DNA of 64,000 bases from an uncultured bacterium (GTDB lineage Bacteria > Planctomycetota > UBA1135 > GCA-002686595). Each line of letters starts with the position of its first letter. The first letter of the stretch is position 1. Of the stretch, positions 28,629 to 40,817 are shown one piece after another. The DNA lies in the NCBI GenBank assembly GCA_943787795.1, contig CALSNU010000006.1:416001-480000 (forward strand), read 5' to 3'. Made by a program: the position numbers and the translations under genes. The notes beneath the pieces were generated by a model. The model saw only the letters and a program-made list of their open reading frames with translations, was not told the DNA's origin and did not search any database.

Positions 28629-29369
28629 TCAGTCGCGGCCCGCGGGGTCCTTCCGAGTGGAGGGGTTCCCGGGGTTGAAGGACGACCAGTTCCAGCGAGC
28701 GATGGCCCACAGCGCGATGAACGCATCCTTGAGGCCGATCTTCTTGCCCTCGTGGTAGTTCCGCCCGTGGTAGCTGATGGGGACCTCGTAGATGGTCACG
28801 CCCATCTTCGCGATCTTGGCCGTCACCTCGGGCTCCACCGCGAACGTGCGCGACTGGATGTCCAGGGCCCTCGCGACCTCGGCGCGGTACACCTTGTAGC
28901 AGGTCTCCATGTCGGAGAGGTGCAGGTCGGTGCAGATGTTGCTCAGGAGCGTGAGGAGCCGATTCCCGTGTGTGTGCCAGAAGGCATGCACGCGCCCCAC
29001 CGGGACCTTCCTGAACCGGCTGCCGTAGACCACGTCGGCGACCTCGTCTTGGATCGGCCTCAGCAACACGGCGTAGTCGTCGGGGTCGTACTCGAGGTCC
29101 GCATCTTGGACGAGGACCACGTCGCCCGAGACGCTCTGAAAGCCCGTCTGCAGCGCGCCTCCCTTGCCCCGGTTGACCTCGTGGAAGATGGTCTGGATCT
29201 TGCCGGGGTGGGCCTCCTTGAGCTCCCCCATGATCTCACGAGAGCGGTCCCGGGAGCCGTCGTCCACGAGCACCACTTCGATCTCGAAGGGCTGCGCGAG
29301 CACGCGGCCGACGATCTCGGCGAGCGTCCGCTCCTCGTTGTAGACAGGGATGACGACCGAGAGCTTCAT
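28629..29369 (-). CDS. GT2 glycosyltransferase (polyprenol-phosphate glycosyltransferase-like)
   Basis: SVVIPVYNE, VDDGSRD, NRGKG, QDADLEYDP, YGSRF, DMETCYK, EVPISY..R..GKKI. Confidence 0.9.
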   Translation of the reverse strand: MKLSVVIPVYNEERTLAEIVGRVLAQPFEIEVVLVDDGSRDRSREIMGELKEAHPGKIQTIFHEVNRGKGGALQTGFQSVSGDVVLVQDADLEYDPDDYAVLLRPIQDEVADVVYGSRFRKVPVGRVHAFWHTHGNRLLTLLSNICTDLHLSDMETCYKVYRAEVARALDIQSRTFAVEPEVTAKIAKMGVTIYEVPISYHGRNYHEGKKIGLKDAFIALWAIARWNWSSFNPGNPSTRKDPAGRD

Positions 29370-29371
29370 GC

Positions 29372-30637
29372 TCAACCCCTCACCTCGTCATCAAGGGTCG
29401 TGAGGCCCGAGAACAGCTCGTTGAGGCCCATGAAGTCCGCGAACCCCTCATGGAGCTCCTGGTAAGCAGGCTCCCCCTCGATACACCACATGGGCCGGAG
29501 GAAGAGCGGGAGGATCTCCGAGTCCGGGCGGCGCCTTCGGTCCTGGATGACCTTGCGTCGCTCCATCCAGTGGTCCCAGCGGCCGAGGAGGTCATTCATG
29601 CCCACGAGGTCCGCGATCCCGACCCGCCCCACGCGGTCGTGGGTCTGCACGTTCTTCCGCAGCTTGCGGAAGAGCTTGGACCCCAACCCCTCGTCTCCAA
29701 GGGTCTCCATGGACTCGATGCGGTAGCGGTCGAGCTCCCCGAGGTCGCTGTTGATGAACGCCCTGCGGACGGCGAGCCCGAGGAGCGCCGGGAGGACGCG
29801 CCGGAGGTTCTCGTCGTCGTAGTTCTTCACGCAGGCGAGCTGAGGGTTGCGGACCTGGAGCAGGCGCAGGCGTTCCAGGGGAACGCGGCCGCTCGTGCTG
29901 CTGTGGTGGTGATAGCAGACCGCGGAGGGCGCATAGCGCACCTCGTGCCCCTCCACCCAGGACCTCCAGCCGAGGTCCACGTCCTCGTAGTACGCGAAGA
30001 ACTCCTCATCGAAGCCCCCGATATCGAAGTACGCCTCGCGGTCCATCGCCATGGCCCCCCCGCAGGCGAAGAGCGTCTTGCGGGGCTGGTCGTAGCGCTC
30101 GTGAGGATCGGCCAGGTAGCCGCGCTGGATGCCGATGCCATGGAAGTTCATCCCGCCGGCCGCGGAGTTCAGGACCTTGCCGTCCCACGACATCATCTTC
30201 GCCGTGGAGGCGATGGCCTCCTTGCGAACCACCGGCGCGACGAGCTCCCGAAGGAAGCCCTCGTCCACGTGGATGTCGTTGTTGAGGAACACCAGCACCT
30301 CGGGGTCCAGGTCGCCCTCGGCGGCCACGCGCGCCCCCTGATTGCAGCCGGCCGAGAAGCCGACGTTGGTGTCGTTCTCCACCAGCTTGACCCAGGAGTG
30401 CTTCGAGCGCGCCTCCTGCTGACTCCCATCATCGGAGCCGTTGTCCACGAGGACCACCTCGAAGAGGTCCTCGGGGTAGTCGAGGCGCCGAAGGGTTGAG
30501 AAGCAGGGCTCGAGGTGATGGCGCCCGTTCCAATTGAGGATGACGATCGAGACGCGCGGCAGCTCCGCCGCTGTGAGCGGCTCTGAACGCTCGACGATGA
30601 GTGAACGCTCGACTTGTTCCGGGTCAGGCCTCGACAT
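29372..30637 (-). CDS. GT2 glycosyltransferase (WbbL-like)
   Basis: SIVILNWNG, VDNGSDD, NVGFSAGCN, FLNND, GGFDEEFFAYYEDVDLGWR. Confidence 0.9.
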   Translation of the reverse strand: MSRPDPEQVERSLIVERSEPLTAAELPRVSIVILNWNGRHHLEPCFSTLRRLDYPEDLFEVVLVDNGSDDGSQQEARSKHSWVKLVENDTNVGFSAGCNQGARVAAEGDLDPEVLVFLNNDIHVDEGFLRELVAPVVRKEAIASTAKMMSWDGKVLNSAAGGMNFHGIGIQRGYLADPHERYDQPRKTLFACGGAMAMDREAYFDIGGFDEEFFAYYEDVDLGWRSWVEGHEVRYAPSAVCYHHHSSTSGRVPLERLRLLQVRNPQLACVKNYDDENLRRVLPALLGLAVRRAFINSDLGELDRYRIESMETLGDEGLGSKLFRKLRKNVQTHDRVGRVGIADLVGMNDLLGRWDHWMERRKVIQDRRRRPDSEILPLFLRPMWCIEGEPAYQELHEGFADFMGLNELFSGLTTLDDEVRG

Positions 30638-33432
30638 CAACATTGCTCTTCGCCTCGCAGGCTCGCCGGCGCCCCATCCGCGGGAGACATCGACAGGGTG
30701 CTCAGCCGTAAGTAGACGTCAGCAGCTCCGTCTGCGGACGCACGCAAGGACAAGAACTTCGAGCCGTGCTCCAGCTTCAGACCGACAAGCTGCTCGCGCT
30801 TCTCGGTGCGCCCGCGGCTCGTGGAATCCGAGATCCTGGCGCGGACCACACCGTCCACGAGCACCTCTCCGCCGAGCACCAAGCTGGTCTCAGGCGCCAG
30901 GTACTCCAGCCCGAGAGCGAGGACGTAGTCCCCCGCCGGGAGCCCGTCGACGGACCAGTCCGCGGCCGCCCCAGGGCGCATCAGGAGCAGCTCCGCCCCC
31001 TGCACCTCACAGGCGCCATGGCGCACCGCGGTCTCCAGCGCAGCGCGCCGCAGCACCGCCCCGGCCGGGCCTCCAGTCGTCGGGCGCTCGATGGTGCAGA
31101 GCGACCGATATCGGGCCTCCGTCTCCTCGCCGTTCTCGACGATGGTCTTCACCGGCATCCAGTCCGCGTCCGCGAGCCGCCCCCGCAGCTCGGCGTCCTC
31201 CACCAGCAGGGCCATCTTGTCCGCCAGGTCCGCAGCCGAGCCGAGCTCGAAGAGCAGCCCGTCCACGCCGTCCCGCACGAACTCGGCCATGCCTCCACGG
31301 TCGCTGGCCAGCACCGGCGTCCCGGTCAGGAAGGCCTCGTGGATCGTGATCGGTGAGTTCTCGTACCAGAGGCTCGGCACCACGAGCGCGTCGAGGTCCG
31401 CGTAGACCTCCGAGAGCCGCCCGTTGTCAAAGCGTCCATGAAAGGTGACCGGAGCTCCCTCGGCGAGGTCCGCCAGGTGCCGATGGTGCTCATCCCCGTC
31501 GGGGTCGAACCCGCCGTGGATGTCCAGGTGCACGCGATCTCCGAGCCCACGTTCCTGGAGGAGCCGCATGGCCTGAACCAGCGTCTCGCCGCCCTTGTAC
31601 CAGACCAGGGTTCCCACGAAACCGAAGCGCACCTTGCCCGATGGATCCGCCGTCTTCTCCAGCGCCTCCACGTGATCCGTCCGCATCCCGTTGTCCGAAA
31701 ACAGGAAGGTGTGAGGGTCAAAACCGCCCTGAGCGAGGTACATGTCCCGGAGGAAGCGACTCGGGCTGATCCTCAGGTCCGCCGCCGCGTAGGCGGCGGG
31801 CACGAGCTCTTCACGGCTGCGTAGCTCGGTGTATTCGGAGGCCCGCCGCTGGGCCAGCTCGGGCGAGACCTTGAGCTCCTTGATGGTCCCCGCAAGGGAC
31901 GAGAGCACCTTCCCAGCCCCCAGCGTCCCGTCGAGCCGATGCGCGCGCTCCACCTGGTCGAGGCCGCGCTCCTTGATGCAGAGGAAGCAACCGCTCCCCA
32001 TGTTGCTCGGGCAAATGGACCCGTCGGGGCGGATCATCTGGACCCGCGGGCACAGCCCCCAATAGTCGTGGCAGGTCACCACGGTCGCGAGCCCTCGACC
32101 GCGGGCGATTTCCACCAGTCGCGCAGAGAGGTGAATGAGATGCTGGAAGTGCACAAGGTCGGGCCCGACTCGGTCGAGTACCTGGCGGAAGGCCGCCTCC
32201 GGCCCCTCCTTGACGAAGCTCTCCTTGAGGCTCGCGTGGTCCAGCCGGTGGGTCATCCGGAGCACACGGAGCCCCTCGAACTCGTCCTCCCGGAGGGTGA
32301 ACTCGGGCTCGTCCCCCACGGCTGGCGCTCGCGTCAGGATGGTCACGTCATGCCCCCGACGCTTCATCTCCTGCGCGAGGTTGAGGGTGTACACCTCCGT
32401 CCCCGCCCAGGTGTCGGGCGGGAACCCGTGCACGACGTAGAGCAGCCGGAGCTTGCCGTCCTCGCGCATCCGCGTCGGCGGCCTGCGCCGCGCGGTGCGG
32501 CCGCCGTCGTGCAACCCGCGAAAGGCCGCCTCCCGCAGCTCACGGCCCCTGACCAGGAGCGCCGCCGACTCCTCCGCGCGGAGCTCCAGCGCCTCGATCG
32601 CCGCCGCGTCCTCGGAGCTGAGTCGCACCGACAACACGGCCACATCCTTGGGGCTCGCGACGCAGATGCGGTCCAGCCACTCCGCGTTGAACTCCGCGTC
32701 CACCTTGGCCCGTGCGTAGGTCTCGGACGCGTCGTAGTCGTGGCTGTGCTCCACCACCGCCACGTCGTCGTAGACCACCGTGAAGCCCGCCTCCAGGAAC
32801 GCGCGGGCCATCAAGATGTCTTCGCCGAAGGGGGTGCGAGGGAAGGGGTGACGCTCCCACAGCTCGCGCCGGAACGCAGACGCCACGTCGTTGAAGTTGT
32901 AGAGCAGTCGCCGCTCGTGGGGCCCCATGGCCTCGTACACGTCCGGCGGCGGCAGCCGGGTCTCCTTGCGCCCCGCCGCGTAGCCAGGGTCGCCCGCGCT
33001 GAAGATCTTGGTCAGCGCGTCCGCATCCGGGCGCGGGACGTTGCGGCAGTAGGCCGCCCCGACCGTGGGGTCCTCGAAGTTACGGACAAGGTCGGCGAGC
33101 CAGGACGGCCCGCCGGGGATCGCGTCCTGGGTCAGGAATACCATCAGCTCGCCCCGTGAGCGCGCCGCGAGCAGGTTCCGGGTGTCCCCGTGATCAAACT
33201 CGACCCCGTGGATCCGCTCACGCCGGAGCGGCACGGGGAAGCTCGCCGCGCGGTCGCTCAGGAGCTCCCAGGTCCCATCCGTGGACCCTGAGTCGATGGC
33301 GAGGAAGTCCCACGCGACGTCAATCTGCTGCGCGGCGAGCGCGTCGAGGACTCGCTCCAGGAACTCCATCCCTTGCCAGGTGGGCATGAGCACCGAGATG
33401 CGCGGCAAGGTCAAGTCGTTGGAGATCGTCAC
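30637..33432 (-). CDS. Fused GT2 + GT4 glycosyltransferase with an additional C-terminal domain
   Basis: N-terminal half has IDSGSTD, FDHGDTRN, FLTQDA, FGED. C-terminal half has VHGFPP..GTEVY, HDYWGLCPR, VPSLWYENSP..EA, DGVDGLLF. GTG start inferred. Confidence 0.85.
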   Translation of the reverse strand: MTISNDLTLPRISVLMPTWQGMEFLERVLDALAAQQIDVAWDFLAIDSGSTDGTWELLSDRAASFPVPLRRERIHGVEFDHGDTRNLLAARSRGELMVFLTQDAIPGGPSWLADLVRNFEDPTVGAAYCRNVPRPDADALTKIFSAGDPGYAAGRKETRLPPPDVYEAMGPHERRLLYNFNDVASAFRRELWERHPFPRTPFGEDILMARAFLEAGFTVVYDDVAVVEHSHDYDASETYARAKVDAEFNAEWLDRICVASPKDVAVLSVRLSSEDAAAIEALELRAEESAALLVRGRELREAAFRGLHDGGRTARRRPPTRMREDGKLRLLYVVHGFPPDTWAGTEVYTLNLAQEMKRRGHDVTILTRAPAVGDEPEFTLREDEFEGLRVLRMTHRLDHASLKESFVKEGPEAAFRQVLDRVGPDLVHFQHLIHLSARLVEIARGRGLATVVTCHDYWGLCPRVQMIRPDGSICPSNMGSGCFLCIKERGLDQVERAHRLDGTLGAGKVLSSLAGTIKELKVSPELAQRRASEYTELRSREELVPAAYAAADLRISPSRFLRDMYLAQGGFDPHTFLFSDNGMRTDHVEALEKTADPSGKVRFGFVGTLVWYKGGETLVQAMRLLQERGLGDRVHLDIHGGFDPDGDEHHRHLADLAEGAPVTFHGRFDNGRLSEVYADLDALVVPSLWYENSPITIHEAFLTGTPVLASDRGGMAEFVRDGVDGLLFELGSAADLADKMALLVEDAELRGRLADADWMPVKTIVENGEETEARYRSLCTIERPTTGGPAGAVLRRAALETAVRHGACEVQGAELLLMRPGAAADWSVDGLPAGDYVLALGLEYLAPETSLVLGGEVLVDGVVRARISDSTSRGRTEKREQLVGLKLEHGSKFLSLRASADGAADVYLRLSTLSMSPADGAPASLRGEEQC

Positions 33433-33442
33433 GGGAAGAGCC

Positions 33443-34417
33443 TCAGGACATGCCGGCGGACGCCGCGCTGGACAGGTTGAGGTCCAGGGCACCGCTGCGG
33501 CGCACCTCGGACCAGTCGTCGCCGCCGCCGCGGCTCCCCACGTATTGCCCGAGCACCTGCGCCGCCCTGAGGAACGGAGCTCTCACGACGTCCGCGAGCC
33601 GGAAGCCGTGCTTGGCCATGAACCTGAGATCTCGAGAGAGCTCGAAGGCGAACCCGCGCAAGGCAGAGGGCAAGCCCGGCCTCACCTCGAACCCGTGGAA
33701 CTCACGGTGAAAGACCGCGTCGATGCGATAGCGATCAAACGCCGCGCGCGGGCCGTACCGGTGGGCGTGACGAACCGAGGCGCCTCCCGCGTGATGAATG
33801 GCATGACCGCTCGCCATGGCTCGCGCCGCCCAGGCGAAGTCCTCACCGAAGGGAACCTCGGGGAAGGGCACCTCCGCCAGCACGCTGGCGCGGATGCAGC
33901 TCGCCACATTGTTGAAGCGCAGCAGGGACACGCGCTCTGGCCCGGACATCAGACCGTAGTCCGACGGGGTGGACCACCGCCGGGTCTCGGAGCGCGGTGA
34001 GGCCTCAGGAGAGTCCGCCACCGTCCGCGCCGTCAGCGCGTCATCGCCCTCGTTCGAGAGGACGCGCGCGGTGACCCCCGCGATGGTCGGGTCGCTGAAC
34101 GGCGCCACCATCCGGGTCACGAAGTCCTCACCCAAGGGGAGCGCATCCTGAGAGAGGAAGATCAAGAACTCACCGCCCGCCCGCTCCGCCAGCGCGTTTC
34201 GGGTCCGGCCGTGACCAAACTCCGATCGCGGAATGACGGTCACCTCGAAGCCAGCCTCACGGAGGAGCCCAACGGAGCCGTCCTCGCTCGAGGAGTCGAT
34301 GGCGAGGCACTCCAGCGTCCCGTCGAAGCGCTGCTCCGCGAGCGCCGGCAGCAGCCGGCGGAGATCCGCTTCACCGTCACAGGTGGGGATCAAGATGGAG
34401 ACCTTCGGGAACGGCAT
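33443..34417 (-). CDS. GT2 glycosyltransferase (rhamnosyltransferase-like)
   Basis: IDSSSED, FGHGRTRN, FLSQDA, FNNVASC, FGEDFAWA. Confidence 0.85.
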   Translation of the reverse strand: MPFPKVSILIPTCDGEADLRRLLPALAEQRFDGTLECLAIDSSSEDGSVGLLREAGFEVTVIPRSEFGHGRTRNALAERAGGEFLIFLSQDALPLGEDFVTRMVAPFSDPTIAGVTARVLSNEGDDALTARTVADSPEASPRSETRRWSTPSDYGLMSGPERVSLLRFNNVASCIRASVLAEVPFPEVPFGEDFAWAARAMASGHAIHHAGGASVRHAHRYGPRAAFDRYRIDAVFHREFHGFEVRPGLPSALRGFAFELSRDLRFMAKHGFRLADVVRAPFLRAAQVLGQYVGSRGGGDDWSEVRRSGALDLNLSSAASAGMS

Positions 34418-34531
34418 CTGGAGAAATGGGGAGAACTCCCCTGCCTCAAGATTATCGAGCACTCAGGGCCCCGGACCCCAACTCAATCCTGCGATCGCCC
34501 GCGGCATCGGGGCCCGCAGCGGGCCCGTGCC

Positions 34532-35485
34532 TCAGGCCCGATCACACAGCTCACGGAAGTTGCATCCCGAGCACTCGTAGCCCGCGCGGTCTTCGGCGAC
34601 CATCGGGAAGTCCTCGGGGTCACCCTTGGAGCCGTCCGCGTCAAAGTGGACGGCCCGCATCTCGTCGATCGAGCTCTCGATTTGGGCCAGGGCAGACTCG
34701 AGGACATCGTCAGAGACCTGGACCTCGCTGACCTCTCCGCTGAGGAGATAGACGTCCGCTGCCGTGGTGCTCCTCGGGTCCACGCCCCAGTAGTCACGCG
34801 CGTAGAAGGCGTAGATCTCGAGCTGAAAACGATCTCCGTCCGCCGGCCGTCCCGTCTTCCAATCCAAGATGCGGACCGTGCCGCGCTCCCCCGAACCACG
34901 GGTGGAGTCCCAGTACGCAAAGTCCGGGATGGCGAAGACCTTCGTGTCGAAGAGCTCAAACGTGCTCATTTCCTCGCAGGCCAGCCAATCACCCGGCTGG
35001 GACTCACGGGCGGACTCGAGCTGTGGGTCCTCAAAGAAGGCCTTGAGGCAAGCCGTGATGCGCTCCACGTATCGCTTCCCGTAATCACCCGCGGCCCCCG
35101 ACGTCTCGTCGATCCGCTCCTCGCCGTAGTGGTGCTCGGCCAACCGCACGAGCTTGGCGGGCTTGGCCTTCCAGGCTCCATCACGCGACTCCTTGTACCC
35201 CGCGCGTAGCTGCTCAACGGCCCAAGCCGTCGCCTCGTCCAGGGACCAGGGCAGGCCTTGATCGCGCCGTGCGAAGTACTCCGCGACCGCGCGGTGCACG
35301 ATGTCCCCCGCCAGCATCGGCATGCGGGTCATCTTCTTGAGCAGGTAGGCCTTGCGTCGGTCTGGGTCGGCGTTGCGGCCCCAGCCCTGCCACGAGAGGT
35401 AGTAGAGGTAGTAATAGCGCCTGGGGCAGGCCGTGAACGACCGCGCCCTCGACGCCGACCATGAGAGCTCATGAACCAATGCCAT
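34532..35485 (-). CDS. PD-(D/E)XK nuclease family protein (RecB/AddB-like, probable Fe-S)
   Basis: SWSAS..CPRRYY, GDIVH, IPDF..ILDWKTG, FQLEIYA, and C-terminal CSGCNFRELC. Confidence 0.85.
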   Translation of the reverse strand: MALVHELSWSASRARSFTACPRRYYYLYYLSWQGWGRNADPDRRKAYLLKKMTRMPMLAGDIVHRAVAEYFARRDQGLPWSLDEATAWAVEQLRAGYKESRDGAWKAKPAKLVRLAEHHYGEERIDETSGAAGDYGKRYVERITACLKAFFEDPQLESARESQPGDWLACEEMSTFELFDTKVFAIPDFAYWDSTRGSGERGTVRILDWKTGRPADGDRFQLEIYAFYARDYWGVDPRSTTAADVYLLSGEVSEVQVSDDVLESALAQIESSIDEMRAVHFDADGSKGDPEDFPMVAEDRAGYECSGCNFRELCDRA

Positions 35486-35610
35486 TGCGTCATCCAGAAG
35501 AGCCCTTCGACCGCGCTGAATCAAGGAACGCTCCGTTTCCTCGCCCCGCCAGGGCAGGGCCCGCTCTCCGCCCTTGCTGCCCCTCTGAGCGTGTGGCCCT
35601 GTCAAGCTCC

Positions 35611-35660
35611 CCACCCCTGCCACCCCTGCCACCCCTGCCGCACCTGCCGCACCCGCCGCC
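35611..35660. repeat. 5-6 x 9-nt drifting tandem repeat
   Basis: CCACCCCTG x3, CCGCACCTG, CCGCACCCG. Confidence 0.8.
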
Positions 35661-35729
35661 CAGGGCTCGGCCAAGGCATCATCAAATGGAGGCCGCAGCA
35701 GGGGAGCTCCGGCCGAGGCTGGCCGCCCG

Positions 35730-37134
35730 TCAGCTCGCCTTCGAGGGCAGCGCGGACGGCGGCCCCTCGTCAGCGCGCACCTGAACCACGCCGCCGGCCG
35801 CGGAGAGCCGGCGCTCGTCGTCTCCCTCGGCGGTGATCAGCTGCACCGGGGCGCGCCACAGCCCCTCGATGGTCTTCAGCACCTGCGCGGCCTCGTCGAG
35901 CTTGAGGTCCCTCCCGTCGTGGTGGTGGCGCAGGGTGAGCTCGCGGCTCCCCCCGCCCGCGACGTCGACCAGCTCGATCCGGGGCTGACCGGCCCACGCC
36001 AGGGAGCGGAGCAGCTCCTGCTTCACCGCCACGTGATCACGGGTGCCGATCCGGGCACCCTCTCCGGAGCGGTGTTGCTCGGAGACGAAGAGCGCCGAGC
36101 GCTGGATGAACTCCTCATCCATCACCTCGTCCACGAAGGACACGTCGTTGTGCACCGCTCGGAGCCGGAAGAGATCCAGGCCCAGGTGCTCGGCGTGCCG
36201 AAACAGCTCGATCCCGAGCTTGTATGGGTTGAGCTGGCCGGGCGCGGCCTGGGTCGCGGACGAGTGGCAGTCCGCGAACTCGACGAGCTCCGACGGATCC
36301 AGTAGCCCCCCTGTGAGCAGGCGGCTGTGCCAGAAGGACGCCCAGCCCTCGTTGATGATCTTGGTCAGGCGCTGGGGAAGGAAGTACTCGGCCTCCGCCG
36401 CGACGATCCCGAGCACGTCTCGCTCCCAGTCCTCTAGCTCCGAGTGCTCGGCGATGAACGTCAGCAGGTCGAACGTCGGCAGCTCCGGCGCCACCGGCCC
36501 CGGCGCAGCCTCCGCCCCACCCATGACGAGCCGCAGGCTGGCGCGGCTGCGCTCCACCTGACTGGAGCCCGCCGGCGCCCCTCCCCGTGCAGCCCGGCTC
36601 TGAGCAGCTCGATATCGACGCTGCGGGCCGTGCGGGTCCATCAGCGGCTCGAGGCTCAGCGCCACGTCAAGGAACCGCTCCACGCGATCCTGGCCATGCC
36701 GCTCCACGTGCTCCTGGATCCGACGCGCGTGCTCCTCAAAGCGGTCCAGCATGTGACGCTCGGTCGGAGCGAACCACGCGTTGTGACGGAAGAAGTCCGC
36801 GTGCCCGAACACGTGCGCCATCACGAGCTTCTGCTCCATCAGGCTGTTGGAGCGGACGAGGTAAGCGATCGTGGGGTCGTGATTGACCACGAGCTCATAG
36901 ATCTTCGACAGACCCCACTCGTGCCCCTTCGCGAGCCGCTCGTACTCCATCCCGAAGCGCCAGGATGGGTAGCGCGTCGGGAAGCCCCCATAAGCCGCGA
37001 CCGCGTTCACGTCCGCCGCATCGAGCATCTCGAACACCACCTCGAAGAAGCTCAGGCCGGCGTCGGTCGCCGCGGCCCTCGGCGCGCTGCGCCTCACGCA
37101 TGAGACGGGGCGTGAGTGAGGGGCCAGAGACCAT
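35730..37134 (-). CDS. spoVR: SpoVR family protein; probable +1 frameshift near 37077
   Basis: GFPTRYPSWRFG, SKIYELVVN, KLVMAHVFGHADFF, TKIINEGWASFWH, NPYKLG. The plausible N-terminus from ATG 37134 is in a different frame. Confidence 0.88.
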
Positions 37135-37138
37135 GCGA

Positions 37139-38257
37139 TCAGCGCCCCTGCCCGAGGAAGGCCTTGATCGCGCGCGGGATCCCGGAGCGATCGTCCACGC
37201 CCGCCGTGACGAGGGCGGTCTCCTCCGGAAAGGCGGTGTCCAGGTCCTTCTTGAACTGGCCGGACCCGTAGGCGCTCTTCACCTGCCCGTAGCAGAACTG
37301 GTTCACACGAGGGAGCAGCTCATCCCGCACGAGAGAGACGCACCGGTCGGTGTCACGGGCGCTCCAGTTGTCCCCGTCGGAGTAGTGGAACGGGTAGATG
37401 TTGAAGTCGTCGGGGTGATAGCGCTCCTTGATCAGGTCGAGGCAGAGCTCGTACGCCGAGGAAATCTTGGTCCCCCCGGACTCCCGCAGGTGGAAGAAGG
37501 TGTCCTTGTCCACGACCTTGGCGGCCGCGTCGTGGACGATGTACACCACCTCAAGGTTGCGATACTGGCTGCGCAGCCACGTATCGATCCAGAACGCCTC
37601 GATGCGGACGATGTCCTTCTGCTCGCGCCCCATGGACCCGGAGACGTCCATCATGTGCATGATCACCGCGGACGACTCGGGGCGCGGCTTGGGCTTCAAC
37701 GCCCGGTAGAGGTGGTCCTCGCGGATCGGCGTCACGACGGGGCGCTCCAGGTCGAGCTCCCCGGCCGCGATGGTGCGGACGAGCGCACGACGGAACGTCC
37801 GACGGAAGTGCCTCAGCGACTGCGGCCCTTGCCCTCGAATCCCGCTCCATTGGCCGCCGCTGGCGTCCAGCTCATCGCGCCCACGGGGCAGGATGTTCGG
37901 GAGCCCGAGCTCCTCCCCGAGCATCGAGGCCAGCTCCTCGAGCTCGACCTCCGCCTCGAGAATGTGGGTCCCCTCCTGCTCGCCCGCGCCCCCGGCGCCG
38001 CCGTCCGCCTCCCCATCGCGCCCGTCCGCGGCGTCGCCCACCTCCCCGGGCCCCTGCCCGACCCCGCCATCATTCGAGCCGAAGCGAAAGCGAGGGAGCT
38101 CGACGGAGGGAACAGGAACCGAGACGACACGGTCCCCGCGCTTCCCGATCAGCTCCGAGGAGGCGAGGTACCGCTGCAGGTCCTCGCGGATCCGGCCACG
38201 CACCACCTCCTTGAAGCGCGCGCGGTCACGGTCGATCCTGTAGATCTGTCCGCCCAT
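37139..38257 (-). CDS. DUF444 / YeaH-YhbH family protein (vWA-like)
   Basis: MMDVSGSM, ESGGTKISSAY, NIYPFHYSDGDNW; lies between prkA and spoVR. Confidence 0.9.
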   Translation of the reverse strand: MGGQIYRIDRDRARFKEVVRGRIREDLQRYLASSELIGKRGDRVVSVPVPSVELPRFRFGSNDGGVGQGPGEVGDAADGRDGEADGGAGGAGEQEGTHILEAEVELEELASMLGEELGLPNILPRGRDELDASGGQWSGIRGQGPQSLRHFRRTFRRALVRTIAAGELDLERPVVTPIREDHLYRALKPKPRPESSAVIMHMMDVSGSMGREQKDIVRIEAFWIDTWLRSQYRNLEVVYIVHDAAAKVVDKDTFFHLRESGGTKISSAYELCLDLIKERYHPDDFNIYPFHYSDGDNWSARDTDRCVSLVRDELLPRVNQFCYGQVKSAYGSGQFKKDLDTAFPEETALVTAGVDDRSGIPRAIKAFLGQGR

Positions 38258-38266
38258 GGGTCCCGG

Positions 38267-40423
<2,157 letters not shown>

Positions 40424-40817
40424 GATCGGGGTGCCTCCGGGAAGGAGCGGCGGGGAGCCGCCCTGTCAGGAGATCGGAGCCGTCCCGGGACCAGCATGAA
40501 TGGATCTGGGATCCCCAACGGCGGGGCCAGGCGCTCCGCTCACGCGTCACAAGACCGCGACGCGCGATCCCAACCTGAGATTGCTCCGCGCCTCGAGCCG
40601 GGCCGCCCCGACCACAAGCAGCCGTCCTCTCGAGTCGAGCGATCCCTCCGACTTCGGACGTACCGCGACCCGGGCCAAAGGGGCAGAGCCCGGGGCAAGG
40701 GGAGTCCACCGCACCAGGACCTCGCGCACCGAAGTCGACCTGGCCGGATACACAGCGAGGGTGTGCGCTGCGCGCGGCTGCCTGCGTAGAACTCCACGTA
40801 TAGAACTCACTGCAATC

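Noticed and set aside
34532..35485. Nuclease as part of a CRISPR-Cas or restriction system
   Set aside because: No cas genes, array or methyltransferase nearby; the context is housekeeping.
40791..40806. ACTCCACGTATAGAAC as an NrdR box
   Set aside because: Only a partial match, single copy, not upstream of an RNR gene, and better explained as a degenerate unit of the 14-nt array.
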